Source of the DNA: Acidobacteriota bacterium
GTDB taxonomy: Bacteria; Acidobacteriota; UBA6911
Direction of reading: 5' to 3'
Assembly (NCBI GenBank): GCA_963664705.1
Contig: OY761556.1
Coordinates: forward strand, 6,624,001-6,688,000
Length of the DNA: 64,000 bases
The notes under the pieces were generated by a model, which ran no database searches, was not told where the DNA came from, and worked only from the letters and a program-made list of their open reading frames with translations. Each line of letters begins with the position of its first letter. Within the stretch, counting starts at the first letter, position 1. Shown piece after piece: positions 33,524-43,344 of this stretch. The translations under genes and the position numbers were made by a program.

Positions 33524-34621
33524 ATGGATCAACTTATTACTGCAAACTTACGATCAAGGCCAACCCGCACTCTTATCAGCGTTTTTGCTGTTGCCATGGG
33601 CGTGATTCTCATGCTGGTTATCCAGGGAATAACCTCGGGCACGCTGAATGACACCGTTAATAGAACCTTGGGCGTGGGCGCCGACTTTATACTTCAACCC
33701 AGCGATACGGGCATTCTCTTTGCTTTGGGTTCCGGGAGTCTCCCCGTGAAACTTGGTGAAAAGATCAGTGAAATCCCGGGCGTTGGAGCTGTGACGCCGG
33801 TCCTGACCAACTTCAGTGCGAAGGGGGGCTTTGGATTGGTGTTTGGGATCGACCTGCCCAGCTATGATCGGTTTCCCGGAAGTCTGCAGATCGTGGAAGG
33901 CAAACGGTCGCTTCAGGGGAATGATGTTATTGTGGATCAGTTGTATGCCAGAACCCACAAAGTAAAGCCCGGCATGTCGATAAAAATCAGTGACCACGAA
34001 TTTGTAATTTCGGGGATTTGCCGGGAGGGTGCCGCGGTTCGACAGTTCGTGCCGCTGCAAACACTGCAGGAAATCAAGGAAACGCGGGATAAGGTCAGCA
34101 TATTTTTTATCAAAGCTGCACCCGGTGTGAACCCTGCCGCGCTGGAGGCTGAACTCAGAAAGATTTTTTATGGATATCATATACTCACAGCCAATGATGC
34201 CGCCCAGATGTTGCAGGGAACAAACATCCCGATGCTGAAGGAATTCAGTGTGGCCGTGATTGCGATTTCCATGCTGATCAGCTTCATGGTCATCCTGCTG
34301 GCCATGTATACCACCATTTTTGAGCGCACGCGCGAAATCGGGATTCTCAAATCCCTGGGCGCGTCCCGTGTCTTTGTCGTGAAGATGGTTTTGCGCGAAT
34401 CGGTGTTCATCTGCTTCCTGGGAGTCCTTTTGGGTACGGGAATCAGCCAAATCATCAGAAAGGCTATTACCACGGCATTCCCGACGCTCCAGGTCCAGAT
34501 GAGTCTGAGCCAGATCGGGTTTGCGTGCCTGCTTGGGCTGATCGCTGGAATGCTTGGCGCACTGTATCCGGCAGTCAAGGCCGCTCGCATGGACCCGGTA
34601 AAAGCTCTCAGCTACGAATAG
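33524..34621 (+). CDS. ABC transporter permease (MacB/FtsX-like)
   Basis: ERTREIGILKSLGA, YPAVKAARMDPVKAL, periplasmic domain after TM1. Confidence 0.9.
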   Translation: MDQLITANLRSRPTRTLISVFAVAMGVILMLVIQGITSGTLNDTVNRTLGVGADFILQPSDTGILFALGSGSLPVKLGEKISEIPGVGAVTPVLTNFSAKGGFGLVFGIDLPSYDRFPGSLQIVEGKRSLQGNDVIVDQLYARTHKVKPGMSIKISDHEFVISGICREGAAVRQFVPLQTLQEIKETRDKVSIFFIKAAPGVNPAALEAELRKIFYGYHILTANDAAQMLQGTNIPMLKEFSVAVIAISMLISFMVILLAMYTTIFERTREIGILKSLGASRVFVVKMVLRESVFICFLGVLLGTGISQIIRKAITTAFPTLQVQMSLSQIGFACLLGLIAGMLGALYPAVKAARMDPVKALSYE

Positions 34622-34677
34622 CGCATCCTGAATCCGTACCCCGCTGACGTGCAGCAAGCCCTTGCAGTAAGCCTGCG

Positions 34678-34729
34678 CCCGCCTTTGCTGGAGTTCCGGC
34701 TTGCCGGACAAAGCTCCAGCAAAGGCGGG
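34678..34729. repeat. Long hairpin (terminator or REP-like)
   Basis: CCCGCCTTTGCTGGAG / CTCCAGCAAAGGCGGG arms enclosing TCCGGC-TT-GCCGGA. Confidence 0.6.
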
Positions 34730-34834
34730 TCATTCCTCCAGCCTAACCACCCAATCAGTGCTATAGTTGTTTTTTACTCAAATGTATAATTTTGCAGATG
34801 CGAGTCCAGTTCAACTCGACAAAGGAGTATGCGA

Positions 34835-36031
34835 ATGCGCCATTTCACCAGGATTATCGCGATAGTGTTGATTGCCTTTTCGGCATTGCTTGCAGTCGGA
34901 ACCGTTTTTCCGCAGGAGAAGCCGCAGCCAAAACCTCAAATCCCTCCGGTTACATCGCCGGAAGTCATGTCTGACGGGAAAATAGTGTTCCGGATTCTCG
35001 CGCCCAAAGCCGAAAGCGTGGGCTTGCAGGCAGGAGATATTCCGGGCTTCATGCGCGGCGGCCCCCAGTTCGCCAAAAACGAAAACGGTGTCTGGGAGGC
35101 GACGATCGGCCCAATCGAGCCCGGTGCATATCGGTACACATACATGGTCAATGGAGTCGCCGTTGTGGATCCCAGAAACGCCTCCGTGAGCGAATCCAAC
35201 GGGAATGTGTCGAGTCTGGTTTACGTTCCGGGAGCGAAGTTCATGGATAGCGGGAAGGTGTCGCACGGCGCTGTTGCGACCATCAATTATTTTTCCACGG
35301 CTCTAGGCCGCGATCGACGCATGCATATCTATACGCCGCCCGGGTATGAACTGGGCCAGGCAAAATATCCGGTATTCTACCTGCTGCATGGGGCAGGCGA
35401 TTGTGACGATTCCTGGTCAACGGTTGGCAGGGCTGGATTCATACTCGACAATCTCATCGCGGAGAAAAGGGCCAAACCCATGATCGTGGTAATGCCGGCC
35501 GGGCATACGTCCACATCGTTTGGCATGGGTGCGGGCCGAGGCGCTTCATCCATGGTCGACGAATTTGGCCAGGATTTTGAAAAGGATGTCGTGCCGTATG
35601 TCGAAGGCCACTATCGAGTGCTTCCGGAAGCGCGAAACCGGGCAATCGCGGGATTGTCGATGGGGGGAATGCAAACGCTGAATATCATGGTGAGGGACCT
35701 GAAAAAGTTTGCCTACGTCGGTGTGTTCAGTTCCGGCATTTTTGGCATGGCTCCGAGCAAGCCGGCGGTTTCGGGAGCTTCCGCCGCTCCTGCCCCTGAT
35801 TTCGAGAAGCAGTATGCCGCAGTGCTGGATAACCCTGAGTTGAAGAAAGGGCTGAAACTTTTGTGGTTTTCGACCGGGTCGGAGGATTTCCTGCTGAGCA
35901 CGACCAAGGCTTCAATTGAGATGTTGAAGAAGCACGGTTTTGCGCCGGTGTATAAGGAAAGCGGCGGTGGCCATACTTGGGTCAACTGGCGCAATTATCT
36001 ATGCGAATTCGCTCCGCAGCTTTTCCAGTAG
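34835..36031 (+). CDS. Secreted esterase (CBM48-like domain + alpha/beta hydrolase, CE1-like)
   Basis: Signal peptide, YLLHGAGD, GLSMGG nucleophile motif, GGHTW. Confidence 0.88.
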   Translation: MRHFTRIIAIVLIAFSALLAVGTVFPQEKPQPKPQIPPVTSPEVMSDGKIVFRILAPKAESVGLQAGDIPGFMRGGPQFAKNENGVWEATIGPIEPGAYRYTYMVNGVAVVDPRNASVSESNGNVSSLVYVPGAKFMDSGKVSHGAVATINYFSTALGRDRRMHIYTPPGYELGQAKYPVFYLLHGAGDCDDSWSTVGRAGFILDNLIAEKRAKPMIVVMPAGHTSTSFGMGAGRGASSMVDEFGQDFEKDVVPYVEGHYRVLPEARNRAIAGLSMGGMQTLNIMVRDLKKFAYVGVFSSGIFGMAPSKPAVSGASAAPAPDFEKQYAAVLDNPELKKGLKLLWFSTGSEDFLLSTTKASIEMLKKHGFAPVYKESGGGHTWVNWRNYLCEFAPQLFQ

Positions 36032-36077
36032 GAGTTATGACCGCCGGGAGCGCTGGCGTTCCGCCATAGAAGCGGTT

Positions 36078-36112
36078 TGGAATCTGAAATCTGGAATCTG
36101 GAATCTGGAATT
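36078..36112 (+). repeat. Heptamer tandem repeat (TGGAATC x5, imperfect)
   Basis: Read directly from the sequence. Confidence 0.85.
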
Positions 36113-36170
36113 CTGCCTGCCCTTCCCCTGAAGGCTTGCCAGGGTGGTAGACTTTAGAGAGGAGGCGACC

Positions 36171-37016
36171 ATGGCGATCAGAGCTGTCAGACATATCACA
36201 AAAGCAAAGCCAACACTTGAGGGTGCAGGCGTACACCTTCACCGCGCTTTCGGGTTCGGCAATCCATCGGAGTTTGACCCTTTCCTTCTGCTTGACGATT
36301 TTCGCAGCGATGATCCGAAGGAGTATACGGCTGGTTTCCCATGGCATCCGCATCGTGGGATTGAAACGATTACCTATGTTCTTGCCGGGACGGTTGAACA
36401 CGGAGACAGCATGGGGAATCGAGGCACAATCGGTGCCGGGGATGTTCAATGGATGACAGCCGGCAGCGGGATCATTCATCAGGAAATGCCGCAGGGAGAC
36501 TCTGCGGGCCGGATGTACGGGTTTCAATTGTGGGCGAATCTTCCGGCCGCCATGAAGATGACGCGTCCTCGATATCAGGAGGTCAAGGCAGGAGACATTC
36601 CGATCGTCAGGGAGGCGGATGGAGCTGAAATCCGCCTCGTTTGTGGAAATTATGGGGGGGTGAAGGGTCCTGTCACCAGCATTGCCGCGGATCCCGTTTA
36701 TCTGGACATCCGCATCCCACCCGGTGGTGAGAAGAGAATCGGCGTCGCATCGGATTGCAATGTTTTTGCGTATGTTTTTGAGGGTTCCGGGGATTTCGGC
36801 GACTCCGCGCAAGCGGGCAACCGCTCCCTGGTGGGTTTCGGCGAAGGGCAGGATGTGCAGGTTCGAGCGGGAGATGCCGGGGTCCGCTTTCTACTCTGTT
36901 CCGGAAAGCCTCTGCACGAGACGATTGCCTGGCGTGGTCCCGTCGTCATGAATACGCGGGAAGAACTGCAATTGGCCTTTGAGGAGCTCGACAAGGGAAC
37001 GTTTTTGAAGCATTGA
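36171..37016 (+). CDS. Pirin family protein
   Basis: FPWHPHRGIETIT, WMTAGSGIIHQE, GPVVMN. Confidence 0.95.
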   Translation: MAIRAVRHITKAKPTLEGAGVHLHRAFGFGNPSEFDPFLLLDDFRSDDPKEYTAGFPWHPHRGIETITYVLAGTVEHGDSMGNRGTIGAGDVQWMTAGSGIIHQEMPQGDSAGRMYGFQLWANLPAAMKMTRPRYQEVKAGDIPIVREADGAEIRLVCGNYGGVKGPVTSIAADPVYLDIRIPPGGEKRIGVASDCNVFAYVFEGSGDFGDSAQAGNRSLVGFGEGQDVQVRAGDAGVRFLLCSGKPLHETIAWRGPVVMNTREELQLAFEELDKGTFLKH

Positions 37017-37019
37017 CGA

Positions 37020-37058
37020 TTTGAGGGTGCTTCGGATTTTGTCCGAGGCACCCTCAAA
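37020..37058. terminator. Bidirectional intrinsic terminator
   Basis: TTTGAGGGTGCTTCGGA / TCCGAGGCACCCTCAAA between convergent genes. Confidence 0.75.
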
Positions 37059-37070
37059 ACTGTCCCGGTT

Positions 37071-38603
37071 TTATTTGCAGAGGAAATTTTCCGCGTCGTT
37101 CATACTGCCGGATCCCTTGTATGCAGCCACCTTCGGATATGGGCAAAGAGGACGGGTCATGTCGACGGAGTTGCCCGTTACATGAGATGCGGGGATCTGG
37201 TCCGGTGCGGTACCCGATTCCCTCCAGCGTTCGATCACAGCCATTTTGTTGAACTGGTCGGTGCCGGGTCCTCCGCTGCAGTGCCCCATGCCTGGAACCA
37301 TGAATAGACGGATCCAGTCATCCTGCTTGTCTCCCATTTTTGAAAGTACCCCTTTATAGATGTTCACCGTGTTTCCTGCCGCGATTCCCGGGTCGGCCCA
37401 GCCGTGATACATCAGCAGTTTGCCGCCTCGGGCTTTAAACGCGCTCAGATCTCGCGTGTGTACATCAATGAACCCCGCTTTTTCCCGCGCAAGCGCCGTG
37501 TCCCGATCCAGGTCCCACGTGTGCCAATCCCAGTTGGGATCCTGGTAGGCAAGAATGCGAATACTGTCCAGCGGGAAACTGGAGGGTGGAGAATTGGGGT
37601 CGATTTTTTCGCTCAGAGACGCATATTGCAATTCGCCGCCCAGAGGGAATCCTGTCCAAATGACCTCGCCCTTCCTGGTTTTGATATCGCCATAAATAAT
37701 TGTTGCGGCTTCAACCTGCGCGGGTGTGAGGCAGGAGTCGGAGTCGGAGCCTTTACACAACAGCGCAGCCGGGTCGAATTTGCATTTTTCAGGATTTCCA
37801 ACCAGGCCATCCTTGGCTCCGTCCAGTGCATCGCACGCATTTAAGACGGCTTTGTGCAGAGTCGCTACTTTGGCTGGACTCAGGACATGCCCCGGATCCT
37901 TCCGCAGCCGCATGTTTCGTTCGATATCGCCCGCGTGCAGGTAGAGGTGAGGATTCGCCGGGGCCCCAACGATAGCGCCATCGAAATCCTCCGGATAGCG
38001 CGTGACCTCCATCAATCCCTGCCTGCCGCCCGTGGAGCAGCCGTTGTAATAGGAGAATTTCGGATTGCTGTTGTACAGAGCCACAATCATGGCCTTTGCC
38101 TTCACGGTCGTTTCGTGCAGCGCGCGGTACCCGAAGTCAACGAGCTTTTCCGGGTGTCCCAGGGCGAACATGCCATTGCCGCCGGCATCGTTGGACTTAT
38201 GCCCCGTGTCGGTGGAAGCGGTCGCATATCCCTCCTTCAACGCCGCGACCATGGCCGAATAGCTGATGGAACCTGCCCAGCCGCCGTTTCCGACCACCTG
38301 CAGCTTGCCGTTCCAGGTATCGGCAGGAAGCCAGACTTCGGATTCAATATGGGAGTCCTTGGTCGGGGTTAAAACCATCGCGACCCGGCAATATGCGGGC
38401 AGCGTTATAGCCGGCTGACCCTTGGGGGCGGGTGCGTTTGGAAATGGAGATGGCATGCTGTAGGGACCGGCTGGCACAAATTCGACAGCCGTCATGGAAG
38501 TGTCCGGCAAGGATAGTGTTTTCAGCTTGTCACACGGATTTTGTGCCATGGCTGATGCTGCAACCAATAAGACAAGGGGCAGAAGCAATCTGCAAAATCT
38601 CAT
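37071..38603 (-). CDS. Tannase/feruloyl esterase family hydrolase
   Basis: Signal peptide, GCSTGGRQG, HGWAD, PGMGHCSGG, RPLCPYP. Confidence 0.93.
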   Translation of the reverse strand: MRFCRLLLPLVLLVAASAMAQNPCDKLKTLSLPDTSMTAVEFVPAGPYSMPSPFPNAPAPKGQPAITLPAYCRVAMVLTPTKDSHIESEVWLPADTWNGKLQVVGNGGWAGSISYSAMVAALKEGYATASTDTGHKSNDAGGNGMFALGHPEKLVDFGYRALHETTVKAKAMIVALYNSNPKFSYYNGCSTGGRQGLMEVTRYPEDFDGAIVGAPANPHLYLHAGDIERNMRLRKDPGHVLSPAKVATLHKAVLNACDALDGAKDGLVGNPEKCKFDPAALLCKGSDSDSCLTPAQVEAATIIYGDIKTRKGEVIWTGFPLGGELQYASLSEKIDPNSPPSSFPLDSIRILAYQDPNWDWHTWDLDRDTALAREKAGFIDVHTRDLSAFKARGGKLLMYHGWADPGIAAGNTVNIYKGVLSKMGDKQDDWIRLFMVPGMGHCSGGPGTDQFNKMAVIERWRESGTAPDQIPASHVTGNSVDMTRPLCPYPKVAAYKGSGSMNDAENFLCK

Positions 38604-38674
38604 AATCCTCCTGGCAACTCTATCGATAGATGCGGCGAGTTTAACGCTAAACCATTGGAAGCTTCAAAGATAAA

Positions 38675-38716
38675 GTTGGACGTTGGACGTTGGACGTTGG
38701 ATGTTGGACGTTGAAG
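38675..38716 (+). repeat. Heptamer tandem repeat (GTTGGAC x6, imperfect)
   Basis: Read directly from the sequence. Confidence 0.85.
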
Positions 38717-39027
38717 AGAACATAAGAACAGCTACTTGATAGGGCGTTGGTCATAAATCGGCTGAATTGTAAAAAAAAGTAAACATCCCAAGAAAGGTGA
38801 AACTATTTGGGGGGGTAAACTGTATATGACGGTATGGGCAAGTGAGCGACTGCTCCAGTTGGTTTTTTGTGCCTAGTTCCTGTTGAAACACTTGCCCTCC
38901 TTTCTCGATTTTTCCGTCCCCGGTTGCCAACTCAAGAACTGACAATTGAAAGCGCTCTTTAATTGCGTCCTGACGAATTTGGTATACCCTATATGTCGAA
39001 GGGTTTGCTTCAACCAAAGGAGGAGCG

Positions 39028-40200
39028 ATGTCAGTAAAAAATATAGGGGTTCTGACCGGCGGAGGCGATGTTCCGGGCCTGAACTCCGCCATCAAGGCAA
39101 TAACGGCGGCTGGCTATCACCGGAACATATCAACGGTTGGAGTCCGGCGCGGATGGGAAGGCTTAACCCATCTGGATGTGAACGATCCCGCCAGCCTGGA
39201 GCGGTACATAATGCCGCTCAATCGTGATAATACCCGGACTATCGATCGGACCGGTGGAACAATGCTGCACACAAGTCGAACAAACCCGGCGAAGATGAAA
39301 AGCCTCCCGGAGCACCTGAAGGAAAGCGATTTTCCCAGGAAGGAATCGAAGAAGGGAACGACGTACGATATTACGCGACAGGTTCTGAAAAACCTGGAAA
39401 AGCTCCAGATCGACTGTCTGATCTCGATTGGCGGCGATGACACCCTCAGCTACTCTTCCATACTGCATGATGCAGGAGTCAAGATCATCGCCATCCCGAA
39501 GACCATGGACAATGACGTGCGCAACACCGAGTATTGCATCGGGTTCTCAACCGCGATGACACGGGCTGTCGATGCGATCCAGCGGCAACGATCCACCATC
39601 GGCTCGCACGAACGCATTGGAGTCTTCAGGGTTTTCGGGCGTGATGCCGGGTACACTTCTCTCTATACGGCTTATGTGACCTCCGTACGGTGCGCCATTC
39701 CTGAATTCAAGTTTGATCTCGAGACCATGGTTGAACTGGTGGTCCGCGACAAGAAGGATAATCCCAGCAATTACAGTATCGTAGTCCTTTCGGAAGGTGC
39801 TGAATGGGAAGGGTATCATTTGCGGGAGTATGGCGAAGCCGATGCCTTTGGGCATCGGAAGAAGGCCAATGTCGCCGAGGATCTCGGGGATGAAATCCGC
39901 AGGATAACCAGGCAGGAAACGGTTATCAGCGACCTGACCTACGATCTGCGCAGCGGCGAACCGGACTTCCTGGACAAGTTGATCGCCGGAACATTTGGGA
40001 ATATGGCCGTCGAAGCTATTGCCGACGGAAAAAGCGGATTGATGGCATCCATCACCAATGGCTGTTACCGCATGGTGCCGATCCCGGACGGAAAGCTGGG
40101 GCCGAGACATCTTGATGTCGATTCCATGTACGATACCGATCAATACCGCCCCAAGTTCAATAATAAAGAAGGCCTGCCTGTTTTTCTGACCAGAGTCTGA
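39028..40200 (+). CDS. PfkA-family 6-phosphofructokinase, probably PPi-dependent
   Basis: TGGGDVPGLN, GGDDT, PKTMDND; AGGAGG RBS. Confidence 0.9.
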   Translation: MSVKNIGVLTGGGDVPGLNSAIKAITAAGYHRNISTVGVRRGWEGLTHLDVNDPASLERYIMPLNRDNTRTIDRTGGTMLHTSRTNPAKMKSLPEHLKESDFPRKESKKGTTYDITRQVLKNLEKLQIDCLISIGGDDTLSYSSILHDAGVKIIAIPKTMDNDVRNTEYCIGFSTAMTRAVDAIQRQRSTIGSHERIGVFRVFGRDAGYTSLYTAYVTSVRCAIPEFKFDLETMVELVVRDKKDNPSNYSIVVLSEGAEWEGYHLREYGEADAFGHRKKANVAEDLGDEIRRITRQETVISDLTYDLRSGEPDFLDKLIAGTFGNMAVEAIADGKSGLMASITNGCYRMVPIPDGKLGPRHLDVDSMYDTDQYRPKFNNKEGLPVFLTRV

Positions 40201-40299
40201 CGAAATTCGTTGGGCGCATCAATCGGGGATTTCCCGCTGGTTTCCCAGCTTCAATTGCGAAAACTGGTGAACGAGCGGGATGTCCCCAATTTTGTGAAT

Positions 40300-41577
40300 A
40301 TGGAACAACTATCCTCCCATGAAGTGGTTGTGATGCTTCTTGGCGCTGCCACCCTGTTGACCTGTGCCAGGGTGTTGGGCGATGCAGCAAAACGGCTGAA
40401 CCAGCCTGCCATTGTTGGGGAGATCCTTGCCGGAATACTCCTCGGTCCAACGGTCATGGGCACGGTTGCCCCCGCGGCAAGCGCCTGGCTCTTTCCAGCG
40501 CATGGTTCCAATGCCGTGGTTCTCAACGGTCTGACAACGTTGGCCATTTCGCTTTTTCTTCTGGTAGCGGGGATGGAAGTCGATCTTTCGACTATTTGGC
40601 GCCAGGGGAGGGCGGCTTTTATGGTTGGGACGGCCGGCGTGGTCTTCCCATTCATTCTGGGCTTTGGAGTTGCCTGGCTGGCTCCGCGCAGCCTGCTGGC
40701 AGACCCTGGTTCCAACCGGCTGGTTTTTGCCCTCTTCATTGCGGTTGCCCTTTCCATTACAGCACTTCCCGTGATTGTCCGAATCCTGATGGACCTCAAT
40801 CTTTATCGCAGTGAATTGGGCATGGTCATTGTCGCTGCGGCCGTGTTCGATGACATCGTGGGTTGGATCGTTTTTGCGACGATCCTGGGGATGATGGGAG
40901 CCGCCTCTGGCAATGGCTTAGCAATTGGACACACGATCGGGTTGACCCTCGGCTTTACCCTCGTGATGTTGACCGTTGGGCGTTGGCTGGTCCATCGCGC
41001 GTTTGCATGGCTGCGCGCACATACCGCGCGATCCGGCGCGATCCTTGGTTTTTCTCTGTCGTTGGGTCTCTTCGGAGCGGCCTTTACGGAGTGGATAGGG
41101 ATTCACGCCATTTTCGGCGCTTTTCTGACCGGCGTGGCGATTGGCGATTCTACCCATCTGAAGGAGCATACCCGTTCGACGATGGGCCAGTTTATCGGCT
41201 TTATTTTCGCACCGCTATTCTTCGCCAGCATTGGTCTGCGGGTCGACTTCTCCGCCCACTTCAGCCTCCTCCTGGTGTTAATCATGCTGGGCGTTATCCT
41301 GGTCGGCAAGATACCAAGCTGCGCCATGGGTGCTCACTTTGGCGGTTTGCCCTGGCCGGAATCCTGGGCGGTGGGTTTCGGCATGATGGCCAAAGGGACG
41401 ATGGGTATCATCCTGGGGCTGTTGGCTCTGCAAAAGGGAGTCATTAGTGAGACTTTGTTTGTTGCCATTGTGATCACATCCCTGGTGACCTCGATGATCG
41501 CCGGTCCACTGATGCAGTGGGTTTTGAAAAGAGGGCAGCCTGGGTCTGCAAAAAAGCGAGCGGAGAGTCAGGCCTAG
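40300..41577 (+). CDS. Cation:proton antiporter (CPA2)
   Basis: GEILAGILLGP, SITALPVI, FDDIVGW, FFASIG. Confidence 0.9.
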   Translation: MEQLSSHEVVVMLLGAATLLTCARVLGDAAKRLNQPAIVGEILAGILLGPTVMGTVAPAASAWLFPAHGSNAVVLNGLTTLAISLFLLVAGMEVDLSTIWRQGRAAFMVGTAGVVFPFILGFGVAWLAPRSLLADPGSNRLVFALFIAVALSITALPVIVRILMDLNLYRSELGMVIVAAAVFDDIVGWIVFATILGMMGAASGNGLAIGHTIGLTLGFTLVMLTVGRWLVHRAFAWLRAHTARSGAILGFSLSLGLFGAAFTEWIGIHAIFGAFLTGVAIGDSTHLKEHTRSTMGQFIGFIFAPLFFASIGLRVDFSAHFSLLLVLIMLGVILVGKIPSCAMGAHFGGLPWPESWAVGFGMMAKGTMGIILGLLALQKGVISETLFVAIVITSLVTSMIAGPLMQWVLKRGQPGSAKKRAESQA

Positions 41578-41585
41578 GAGGGAGT

Positions 41586-41972
41586 TTACGGAAGGCCTAT
41601 GGCGGTGCTGGAGGTGATATTGGTAATGACCGGGAGTGCATTGGTCAGGGCTTTCCATCGCATTTGAAGGAATTTGTCGCCCTCTTCTCCGCCATATCCA
41701 TTCTGCGCCAGTTCTCCGGATTCATAGAGGTGAACCAGCCGCTCTTCTTCTTCATTAGCCGGTTCAGGTTTGATGGCCTGTCTTTGGTAGAGCACATCGG
41801 CGAGAGCAATGAATCCGTTTTCGAGATCGCTCCTGTCGGCCCGCTCTCCTTCGGAGGCGAGGATCATCATTCGGCCGTATGCCTCCTGCACCATGTCCGC
41901 GATGGAAACTGGACCCGCCACCAGCATTTTGTTCATCAGCTCACTCATGTTCATGTAGTTGGCAATTCCCAT
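41586..41972 (-). CDS. Hypothetical protein
   Basis: ORF with GAGAGG RBS and a normal globular composition; no recognised motif. Confidence 0.6.
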   Translation of the reverse strand: MGIANYMNMSELMNKMLVAGPVSIADMVQEAYGRMMILASEGERADRSDLENGFIALADVLYQRQAIKPEPANEEEERLVHLYESGELAQNGYGGEEGDKFLQMRWKALTNALPVITNITSSTAIGLP

Positions 41973-42026
41973 CGGTTTATTTTCCTCTCTACTTTCAGGC
42001 GCTGGGAGCCTCGACGCTCCCGGCAA

Positions 42027-42281
42027 TCAGAAACAATCGCAACTGATCAACTGTCCGCCGCATTTCGGACAGTGCTCATTATCGCAGTTGGAATGGTGTT
42101 TTCCACCCGGTACCACGTTGCAGTCCGGACAGCGGTACCAGTTCGGCAAATGGAGCCTTTTGGGATCGTATGGTATGGGTCGAAGGACCGTTCCGTCCGG
42201 AAATTGAACCTGGGTGTTTGCCTCACAGGTTGTAACCTCGGCATCGGTAATCTCTTTATGACAAAGCCTGCAAATGGTCAT
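42027..42281 (-). CDS. Small Cys/His-rich putative Zn-binding protein
   Basis: GGAGGT RBS; CxxC, CPDC, HHxxC, CPKCGGQLISCDC. Confidence 0.75.
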   Translation of the reverse strand: MTICRLCHKEITDAEVTTCEANTQVQFPDGTVLRPIPYDPKRLHLPNWYRCPDCNVVPGGKHHSNCDNEHCPKCGGQLISCDCF

Positions 42282-42365
42282 TATACCTCCGCGGCTGGTT
42301 TAATCGCTGGAGCGACCGATGCAGCCCCATTCGACGAGCGGTTATTGTGGATCCAGTGGGAAAAT

Positions 42366-42398
42366 GGATGCGGGCATGAAAGTTTCATGCCCGCATCC
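42366..42398. terminator. Perfect 16-bp inverted repeat downstream of coxG
   Basis: GGATGCGGGCATGAAA-G-TTTCATGCCCGCATCC. Confidence 0.6.
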
Positions 42399-42444
42399 GG
42401 GAACAGTGCAGAGCGATTGATGCGCGGGTCCGCAGTGGAACGAA

Positions 42445-42906
42445 CTAAGCGCCGGCTTCGCTGGTCTGAAGCTTTGACTGCAGATTGGCCGTGAACTCGT
42501 CGCCCACTTCCTTTGCCTTGGCGCGCATGATTCTTTCACCGAAGGTGGCCAATCGGCCGACCAGCGATACATTCGCCATGTAGGAAACTTCAACGGTGTT
42601 CGGAGCTGTTTCATTCAGCTTCACTTCGATTTCGGTCGAGAAATTGCCGAGCTTGGTAACGTCGGCGCCTCTTCCAACCGCCTTGATGTAGTTCGGCGGA
42701 CGTACTTCTGTCAGCTTCGTCGTGAATTTCAGCTTAACTTTGAATGGTCCTACGCGCTGTTTGACGACGCTTTCATAAGTTTCCGCGTCGATGGCTTCCA
42801 TCATTTCGGTGCCGGGCACGCAGGTGCCGAGCGTCTTGGGATCCAGCAGTGAATCCCACACTTTCTGAATGGGGGCTTTCAGCGTAAATTGCCCGTCAAT
42901 AATCAT
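42445..42906 (-). CDS. CoxG/SRPBCC family protein
   Basis: VWDSLLDP..CVPG, VGPFKVK, GRLATFG; AAGGAG RBS; follows the Mo-hydroxylase genes. Confidence 0.88.
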   Translation of the reverse strand: MIIDGQFTLKAPIQKVWDSLLDPKTLGTCVPGTEMMEAIDAETYESVVKQRVGPFKVKLKFTTKLTEVRPPNYIKAVGRGADVTKLGNFSTEIEVKLNETAPNTVEVSYMANVSLVGRLATFGERIMRAKAKEVGDEFTANLQSKLQTSEAGA

Positions 42907-43051
42907 TGGTATGACTCCTTTCGGTTTCGGCCTGGTTCCTCGAGGCCGTGCAGGACTGTCGCGGAACGATGTCGGCCGCAAGAATCTTCAGATTGATTGC
43001 GGCTGCCTGCAGTTATGGTGTTTTGCGGAGCGTTCGATGATATTTGCGCTT

Positions 43052-43089
43052 AAAAGCTCCAGTCACCGAGTCCGCTCGGTGACTGGAGC
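43052..43089 (-). terminator. Intrinsic terminator
   Basis: GCTCCAGTCACCGAG / CTCGGTGACTGGAGC stem followed by TTTT on the minus strand. Confidence 0.75.
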
Positions 43090-43103
43090 CGGTGTTTTCG
43101 GTC

Positions 43104-43331
43104 TTAGCCTTCGGTGACTTCGGCGGCCTCGGTTTTCAGCACGTCGGCCAGGGCCTGGTAGCCCTTGTTTCCGAACTCGGTGACCTGAGCCTTGATCAAG
43201 GATGCATAAGAAAGGCCCTGAGTCTTCAGCCATTCTTTGTGTTTCTTGTCGGTCTGGCCCAGATAATGCCGGGCCAAATCAAGATGATTGGAGCAAATCT
43301 TGCGACACATCGGACAACGATAATTAGCCAT
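43104..43331 (-). CDS. Small C2H2-like zinc-finger protein
   Basis: AGGAGG RBS; CPMC...LARH...H; directly after the Mo subunit. Confidence 0.75.
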   Translation of the reverse strand: MANYRCPMCRKICSNHLDLARHYLGQTDKKHKEWLKTQGLSYASLIKAQVTEFGNKGYQALADVLKTEAAEVTEG

Positions 43332-43344
43332 ATATAATTTCCTC

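Noticed and set aside
36078-38716. Tandem repeats as CRISPR arrays
   Set aside because: They are 7-bp units without spacers, and no cas genes are present.
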